In this document: one piece after another, positions 56,446 through 64,000 of the stretch | How positions within the stretch are numbered: position 1 is the first letter of the stretch | Layout of the letters: each line of letters opens with the position of its first letter | NCBI RefSeq assembly: GCF_009914755.1 | Contig: NC_060942.1 | Direction: 5' to 3' (one strand) | DNA: 64,000 nucleotides | DNA from: the human T2T-CHM13v2.0 reference genome, Homo sapiens | Made by a program: the position numbers and the translations under genes | The notes under the pieces: generated by a model | Databases searched by the model: none | The model's input: only the letters and a program-made list of their open reading frames with translations | Told to the model about the DNA's origin: nothing

Positions 56446-56690
56446 TGAGTGTACGGATTTGCAAGAACCCAATCTAAGAGAGAAGAGTTCCTGGGAAGAC
56501 ATACGCAAATCCGTGTTCAGGGAGGAAAGAGGAAGTGGGTTTTAAATTTACCAGAGGTGTTTCCTGCTTAAAAGAAGGTGGTAATGCTTTTCTATTCATC
56601 ATGGGTTTCCTTCCCTTTCCCTTCCATCCTCTGCTGAGCCAATGCAGGAGTCAGGGGGAGAAGATATTTTCTATCTAGAAGGTATTTCCC
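56446..56690 (+). repeat. Left arm of ~200-bp inverted duplication
   Basis: 56461-56652 aligns to reverse complement of 57750-57940 with 19 mismatches and 1 gap in 192 columns (manual count). Confidence 0.95.
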
Positions 56691-57730
56691 ATCTAGAAAT
56701 GACCCAACTTGGAGGTCTCCAATGCACTCATAAAGCAAGTGTTCATTCAGAAACTGACATCCTGCGTATACACGGGCACCCACAACGTCAATGATTTTAC
56801 TTAAAATTTCCACGTTCATCACACCACGTTCAAAACACACTCTGTTTTGACTTAGTAACCAAAAGCTGAAAGGGTCCTTCCTTTCATGTATACTAATGAT
56901 CTTTGGTGTGATCAGGAGCACAAACAGAACGTGTCAGCCGGGACTCTAAGCCCTTCGATACGCAGGATGAGTCTGATAAAAAAGCCTTGTCAGCACTTTT
57001 TGACCACTATTCAATTATTTCATATTTTGGTTTAGAGAAAATAACAGACTCATATCTATGGAGCAAAAGACATGTGTAGTTTAAGGCTGTCTGTGTTATA
57101 ACAGACATCTTAAACACACATCATTATTGCTAAAAGAAATCCCCAGCCAAATTTTAAGTCAATTTAACTTCTCTTGTGTCTAATTGAATCTGACTTTGAA
57201 GTTATGAAATCTCCAGATTCTGACTAGGAGCTTCAAAAGTACTAATAAACTAACTCCACGCTTCTCCCAGAACATTGACGAGCAGAAAACATTCCAATAA
57301 AAGAAGCGGAGAAGAGAAAATAATCCAGCATGAACTCACACTTCCCACACTGGTTAATCCCTTTCCCTCTCTAAAGACACTACCTTTTAAAGGGAGGCAG
57401 ACAACACCATCAACTTCATACAGCACACATACTGGTCTATAAACATCATGTAACCAGAGGCATAAAATAGGGGTGCTACAGAAGGGTCTCTAAACGCCAT
57501 GCTCCTTGGTTTCCTCCTTCCTACCAGGGTTAGACACACACTGGAACTCAAACATTAAAGTCCTACATTGCTTGTCTCTGAAGGCATTGCACTATACAAA
57601 AGCCAAGGTGAATGAATATTTTTTTTGATATTGGAAGCAGTTTAAAAGAAAAACATTATGTCACTTACTTAAAAAAAATATCTAAATTCCCTTGGATAAC
57701 AACTCTAAGCATAAGACCACCATGTCTTCA

Positions 57731-57955
57731 GGAAATACCTTCTCTCGGAGACTCCTGCATTGGCTCAGCAGAGGACGGAAGGGAAAGGGAAGGAAATCCA
57801 CGGTGAATAGAAAATCATTACCACCTTCTTTAAAGCAGGAAATGCCTCTGGTAAATTTAAAACATGCTTCTCTTTCCTCTCCGAACACAGATTTGCATAT
57901 GTCTTCCCAGGAGCTCTTCTCTCTAAGACTGGGTTCTTTCAAATTCAGACTCTCA
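57731..57955 (-). repeat. Right arm of ~200-bp inverted duplication
   Basis: Reverse complement gaaagaacccagtcttagagagaagagctcctgggaagac...gagccaatgcaggagtc matches left arm. Confidence 0.95.
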
Positions 57956-59882
57956 GACAGGACTTAGGATCCCAGGAAGCAAGGGAGGGAGGAGAGGAGT
58001 GAGTGGGGGAGAGGAAGGCAGCCAGTGGCACGTGAACAAGGAGGTGACCCCTCCCGGGGCCCCTCTGAGTTGACCATGGAGGGAAGGCCTACACACTTCG
58101 GCTGGTATCTAACAACTCCCACCCTCGGGTTGAGGGCTGCTCCTAGAGCCTTACTCCTTTGCATCTCCAACCTCTCCATGCTAGGCCAGAGAATCCCCTA
58201 GAGGAGAGATCCTGTGCAGTGGGTGGGGTCTGGCTGTGGGTACCCCAGGGGTGGGCCAGGTGGTGGGGAGCAGGCACACAGCGTCTGCAGTGCCCACTTC
58301 CCCAACAAGTGGACTCCCCAACCCTGCTGAGTTGTCCAAGGAATCACCCTTCACACTCCTCCCTCAGTGAGTCCCTACACCCAGCATGTTGCCAGCTTCT
58401 GTCTTCCGGCTGCTTCTCCTTTTCCATCACCATCACAGGCCCAAAGCATCTCCTCATCTATATCACAATAATTTCCTCCTCTCTGTCTTCCAAACCTCAC
58501 ACCTTCCCTTTCCCCATCACGTTTATACCATGGGTGCATCTTTCTTACACATGTTTCATATCTGTTTTCTCAAAAGTACACATCCAAACCCCTCCACCTG
58601 CCTTTAAGACCCTCCTGGAGTTGGATCCACATCAACAGCCAGCTTTCCCCCACTCCTTCTGCTCAGCACCCACATTCGCCAGGCCAGGCGCCTCCTGCAA
58701 GGGCCAGACACACGTGGATGTCTTGGCTCATTCTCGACCCCACTGTGGGAACCATGACTCTGCTCTTTCTTCTTCGTATGGTCTTTCTTCTTCTATATGG
58801 CCTTGGGTAAATTAACTGGAGAAACTAAGTTGCAGAGAATTGTATCTGCAAAATAGGCAAGCTCTGCAGGGTGACGAAAACACTGAAACAAGGTTCTATG
58901 CAAGCAGTGCAGGACTACCCAAGGGGCAGCAGGGCTCTGGAAGCCCTGGTCCCTTCTCTGAACTTGGCCACCCCACAGCCACAGAAATAGCCTTTTCCTC
59001 TCAACTTGTAAAAATCCCACCAATCTTATTCCTCCAAGAAGCCGTTCCTCCCTCACACTAAATCAAGCTCACACTGACCTCAGACTTCTCTAAGTTCTTG
59101 TTTTAGTCATGGTCAGTAAGGCATTTAACTTTCCTTTGGCAATTTCATGGGTGTTGACTTGTTCTTTGTTCATCAACTCACTCCCCATAGAGCCTGTGTC
59201 TGATATGTGGTGTGTCTCCCTGCAGACTCCAGTGGAGTGCCCTATGGAGGGGCCTCAGTCAAGCTGGGCTGAGGGGCTGGTTGAAGTGGGCCCGCTCTTG
59301 CATTGCTCTTTGGCTTTGTTTTTTTAAAGGGCCTAAGAAGTGTCTGCTAACCTCCAATAATTAACCTTCTGAAGTAAGAGAACTGGGGCTTATCCTAATA
59401 TTCCTATGACTGGGGAAATCTATGATGATAACAGCTACTTCTTGACTCACTGCTCTTTTGCAAATTATAGGGAAATCACTTTCTAAGACACTTTAAAAAG
59501 AAACAAGAAAAATAAGTTCTGCTAGGTGGAATGTGCACTTTGACACCACAATTCAGCACCCAAAAGTAGACATGTAAGAGATGTTGATGTCTGCAGGTCT
59601 TGGCGGAGGATGTCAGAGGATAAATCATGAGCAAATAGGAGCTTTCTTGGAACTCTGTTGGATCAGCAGTTCACAGAGAGGGGGTTGCCCAGGGCTTCTA
59701 CAGACTCTCCACAGACACCACATGAAGACCAGCCTCAGAGGGGCTGCCCGTGCCGGTGCCTAACAGGAGAAGAGTTAGGGAGGTAGAGGCAAGTGCAGAG
59801 TCCTCCTCTGCACCACACGTGTGAGGCTGAAGACTGGAAGTTGCACTGATTCTCTTGTGGACTGACCCTCATGGTTTAGGAC

Positions 59883-60028
59883 ACAGGTGGCAACCCAGGG
59901 CCCATGGACCGAGTGTGGTCAGCCATGCTTTGTTTCATCTTTTAGTTCAAATGTGTAGACATTGTTCAAACATTGCTAGATTTCTCGTAAATACTCATAC
60001 TTGACTTCTCTCAAAAGCTCGGCAGAGG
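59883..60028. mobile_element. Possible hAT-Charlie MITE remnant (MER58/MER102-like)
   Basis: caggtggcaacccagggcccatggaccgagtgtggtc terminus-like motif. Confidence 0.35.
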
Positions 60029-60029
60029 T

Positions 60030-60280
60030 TAGGGCTTGGAAACACACTCAGGAGCCAGACGGCCTGGGGTGACATTCCAGGGCGACCAAACCCCAGATGT
60101 GCAATTTCAGGTGACTTCCTCAGGCTGTCTATGCTTGCCTTACAGACAGCATGAAGATCATAAAAATACTTACCTTACAGTGTCGCCGTGTCCAGCCGAT
60201 GAATTCATATGCATAAAGGACGTAGAACAGGGCCTACGACATAAAAAGCCTCATCTATGTGTGAGCTACGATTTATTATA
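60030..60280 (+). mobile_element. MIR
   Basis: caggagccagacggcctgggg..aaaaatacttaccttacag..catatgcataaaggacgtagaacagggcct. Confidence 0.65.
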
Positions 60281-62439
60281 TTTCTTTCTGACAAGGTAGA
60301 TCAACATTCCTACTTGGGAAACATTTTTAAAGCCCCAGATTCTGCCTCCTTTAGATGAACCGTGTTCTTCCCTCCCCAACACGGTGTCTACCACTCCTGC
60401 CATACCCAGCCAGGGCCACCTATCAGCGTTTCTCTCCCAACCATTGTAGGCTATGGAATACGCTACCCCAAACGTTACAGGTAAGGCTGAAGGTGGCACC
60501 GTACAATGTGACTCTGGTGGGAATATCACACCAGGTATTGGTCAGCAACCCAGTGGGTTAAAGAACAAGGCGTGGTGGAAATGGAGGTGACAGGGGCAGT
60601 GACATGAACTAGTGCAGACAGGCAGGGAGGAGGCAGAGCCTGGCAGAGAGAGAGGCAGGTGGTAGCAGAGGTCAGGGAGAAAGGCAACCTGAGCCTTTGC
60701 GATATCATCCCAGGCTGGGTAGAGAAGGCAGCAGGCGGTGGAAACGTAGGGGGCCAGTTCAGAGATCTGAGAATCAGGAAGAGGAGGCACCAAGAGAGAG
60801 AAGGGCCAGCCCACGGGCAACCCGGCACCAGGGAATGACGCACAAGGCCCACAACTCAGCCCCGAAGACACGTAGGAATAAATCAACAGGAGAAGGTCAG
60901 ACCCCAGTGTTTTGACCACTGATCACAGAGCAGGGACAGCCTGCCATCCCCCTGGTTTTATGGTCCCTCCTCCCGGGATAAGCTGGCCGAGAGCGAAGGC
61001 CAGAGGAGGCCACCACGCCGATACGGGCTGTGCGCTGGGGCCGCAGACTCAGGACTAAGGTTTATGAAGATTTATAAAAGCGTGCCTACCTAGCAGACAC
61101 CACACAGATTAATTCAGGCATCTAAGCGATTTCTTAATCAGCCACAAGCAATTCCCAGGTCTGAAGCACTTATTTCTTCTGAAACACAGCAACAATTCCA
61201 GCCAATGCTTTTTTTTTTCTAAATGGAACAACGAGCAAATACAATTGCTATTCAAGTCCTGGGGCTAAATAGTGGTTACCAAAATAATTGACCCTACTTA
61301 GAGCACATAAGAAAGTCATAGAAATTGCAGGCGATTTTGTGTTCAGTGGAAAAGCAGGATTCCTATTCCCCCTGACTTTTGGTTTCACCCACACTCCATG
61401 AAGTTTCTAACTAGGTGAAGGAGGATAGTCTCTCCAATAAAACTTTTCTAATTGAAAATCATTACCAACCTGCTTTCTTCTAAGACAAACGGCTCTGGTG
61501 CTAAGATCTCCTACCCCTTCTTCAATCATGTCTTTCTGCAGCGTCGCTGGCAGGGCCAGGTCAAAGGAGAACAACAATGGTGGATTTGACTTCAAGGACC
61601 CACTTACAATTCCCTCTCTGACAAAAATAACTTCTTTCATGGGGAATTTGAGAATCTGAAAATTGGCGAACCTTCTCTGTGGGAGACCAGCACAAAGCGA
61701 GGGCATCTCATGAAGGCCCTTTCTTCTAAGGGCCATAAAACCCAAGAAACACCTTTGGATGTTTCTGCCCCCACCTTAGAGCTGTTCTTTAGGCAATCAC
61801 AAGAAAAGGACTTTGTCTCCGAGAACAAGGCATCTCTCCTTCCGTATCTATTGTATTTGGCCCCTGCACACACCTGTCAGGATGTTGACAATATTTCCAG
61901 TGAGGTGTTTTCCTAATGCATTCCCTCCCCTGGAAGGAACCCTCTCCTTGACATCTGTGACAGCCCCATAGGTGAATCATTTCGTGAAACAGGGCCTTCA
62001 ACGTGAAGCTTTCACTCTGATCCTGACCTCACTTAATTGTCTATGTCTTCAAACGTCCAGGTTGCACTGGGGCCACAGTGGCACGTGAAGGCCCCCCGTG
62101 GGCAGCTGGGGCAGCAGGTTATTCTGCAAGCTGTGTACTTTCCACAAGTTCCTTTGCCTCCTGGGAACTAAATTCAAGATGGTGGTGAGCAATTCAAACC
62201 CCCAGACAATTTGGATCTTGGCAGCCTCAGCAGTGAGTTCTTTACCTGGTAATTTAATGGCAATTTTCTATCCCCTAGAGAAGCCTGGCTGTGGATGGAG
62301 GCACAAGTCTGTACCTAGCCCATGGCCAACCTGACTTGAGAGAAAATAGGCACTTCTGGTCACCTGCTGTCATCACCTTCTAGTCCACTGACTGTGTTGA
62401 CTTCCCCCGGCCCCTGTGCCAGCTCACCTGTGTCCCCTG

Positions 62440-63640
62440 GAATTCCTAATGCTGAAATTCACCAGAGCCCTGTCCTTAGTGCTCTGGTGTCTACCCTCTT
62501 GGCCTTCTAATCCCATTTCAATGGGTTTAAATGCCATCTAAAGGCCAGTGACTTCCAAATCTCTCTCTCTAGCCCAGACATTTCTCCTGAATTCTAGGTT
62601 AATTTAGCCCATTGCCTACCCTCCATGGCCATTGGAATATCTAATTGATTTGCAAACTGAAGGTGTCCAACCTGAACCTGCTCCTCACACAGACTTTCCT
62701 AAGTTGAAAGAAATTCAATTATTTAAGTTGCACAGGGAAAAAAATAATAACCTGTGCATAATCTTTGGCTCCTGTCTTTCTCTTGCCCTTCCTTAAATCC
62801 ACAAACAAATCAGGTTGACTCTGTTTCAATGTGTATCCAAGGATCCAATCCCATCTCACCATCTACCCTTCCAACACCCTGGGTGCATCTCCAGCCCTCT
62901 CTCTGGGCTTGCTGCTGTTGCCTTCTCACTGCCTTCCCTGCTTGCATGTTCATCCCCATCCCCAGTCTAGATTCAGCACAATAGGTGGTTAAAGCGACCC
63001 TTTTAATACCTATTTCGCTCCACAGCTCTACTCCACTCAAAACCTTCCAATGGCTTCCCATTTCATTCAGGAAAAAAAAAACAAATAATCCAAAATCTTC
63101 ACAATGACAAAAAAAAAAAGAAAAGAAAAAGAAAAACCCTGCTTGCTATGAACTCCCATCACTTTCTAGACCATCTTCCGTCCCTCTGCCCTCTCTCCCC
63201 GAGCTCCCTCCACACCAGGATCCTTGGGTCCTAGGACACATCAAGGACACTCCTGCTGGGGCGTCTGGGCTGGCTCTTTCTGCTGCCTGGAAGGCCCCTC
63301 CTTTCTCTATCCCCAGCTAGATACTCATGTGCTCACCTCCCTTTCCTCCGTCAAGTTTCTCTGCATCAGTTAGCACCTCACAGAGACCTCTACGACCATC
63401 CTACTGTCAACGTGCTGTCACACTCCTCAGCCCCTTTCCTGACTCAATTTCCTATCTCCATTGACCCAACACCTTCTGGCACTCTACAGCATATGTATTT
63501 ATGGCCTTTATTATTCACCAACTGTCTCCCTCAGCGAGAATCCAAGTGCCCCATGTCCTTCTCATGTGGGATACATCCCAAGCACCCAGAAGATGTGATA
63601 CCAAGTGGGTGGTTACCAGAGGTTTGTTAACTGAGTTAAC
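62440..63640 (+). mobile_element. L2a 3' portion
   Basis: tttaaatgccatctaaaggccagtgacttccaaatctctctctctagcccagac; ccactcaaaaccttccaatggcttcccatttcattcagg; terminal gtttgttaactgag. Confidence 0.8.
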
Positions 63641-63642
63641 AT

Positions 63643-64000
63643 TTTTCATTCTTTTTTCACTTGTAAGTTCAGGTAAACTTGTGTTCTAGGGGTTTGTTGC
63701 ACAGATTATTTGGTCACCCAGATGTTAAGCCTAGAACCCATTCATTACTTTCCTAATTTCTTAATTTCTTGCTTATGCCTACCACACTGCTAAAAATGAA
63801 CTCGATGGTTTGTGTCCAAAGCCTCACTTCAATATTTTCAAAAGTATGACTTCTGTTGTTTATTTTGTAACAAGAGGATGGGAGGCAGTTTATTCGTGTC
63901 AGAGAGGATAGGCCCCAGTGTGTGTTGTTCCCCTCTTTGTGTCCATGTGTTTTCATCATTGAGCTCCCACTTATAGGTAAGAACATGCAGTATTTGGTTT
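63643..64000 (-). mobile_element. L1PA (L1PA13-like) 3' end, with foreign ~150-bp segment inside; runs off window
   Basis: gtaaacttgtgttctaggggtttgttgcacagattatttggtcacccag..; ataggccccagtgtgtgttgttcccctc..gctcccacttataggtaagaacatgcagtatttgg. Confidence 0.88.

Noticed and set aside
57186-57220. gaatctg..cagattc mini inverted repeat near the symmetry centre of the large inverted duplication
   Set aside because: Only 7 bp and the rest of the spacer shows no palindromic decay; likely coincidence
58159-58815. Longest ORF in window (218 aa)
   Set aside because: TTG start, no internal Met, pyrimidine-rich low-complexity composition, no recognisable domain

Overview
Primate (human-like) non-coding genomic DNA; no protein-coding gene can be supported, and the ORFs in the track are almost all Alu-, L1-, LTR- or microsatellite-derived. 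The first ~43 kb is a dense, nested mosaic of old transposable elements: Tigger1, Tigger13a-like, Tigger3a and MER5 DNA transposons, L1MC/MD/MA/PA and L2 fragments, MIRs, eight Alus, and solo THE1/MST/MLT1/MLT2 LTRs, many with readable target-site duplications. The last ~21 kb is Alu-free and TE-poorer, with enhancer-like homeodomain-motif clusters. Most notable observations: (1) a ~200-bp, ~90%-identical inverted duplication of apparently non-TE sequence flanking a ~1.05-kb spacer (56.45-57.95 kb); (2) a 5'-half tRNA-Thr(TGT) tailless retrocopy with a degenerate TSD (24980-25017); (3) a TSD-flanked, 3'-truncated L1 5' end inside an L2; (4) a short templated duplication that may preserve the pre-expansion state of a CA microsatellite; (5) a recursive-splice-site-like YAG|GTGAG motif; (6) an L1PA 3' UTR whose G-rich tract is replaced by ~150 bp of foreign filler. 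Repeat subfamily names come from recalled consensus sequences and need confirmation with RepeatMasker/Dfam. I did not find evidence of a clearly new biological system.
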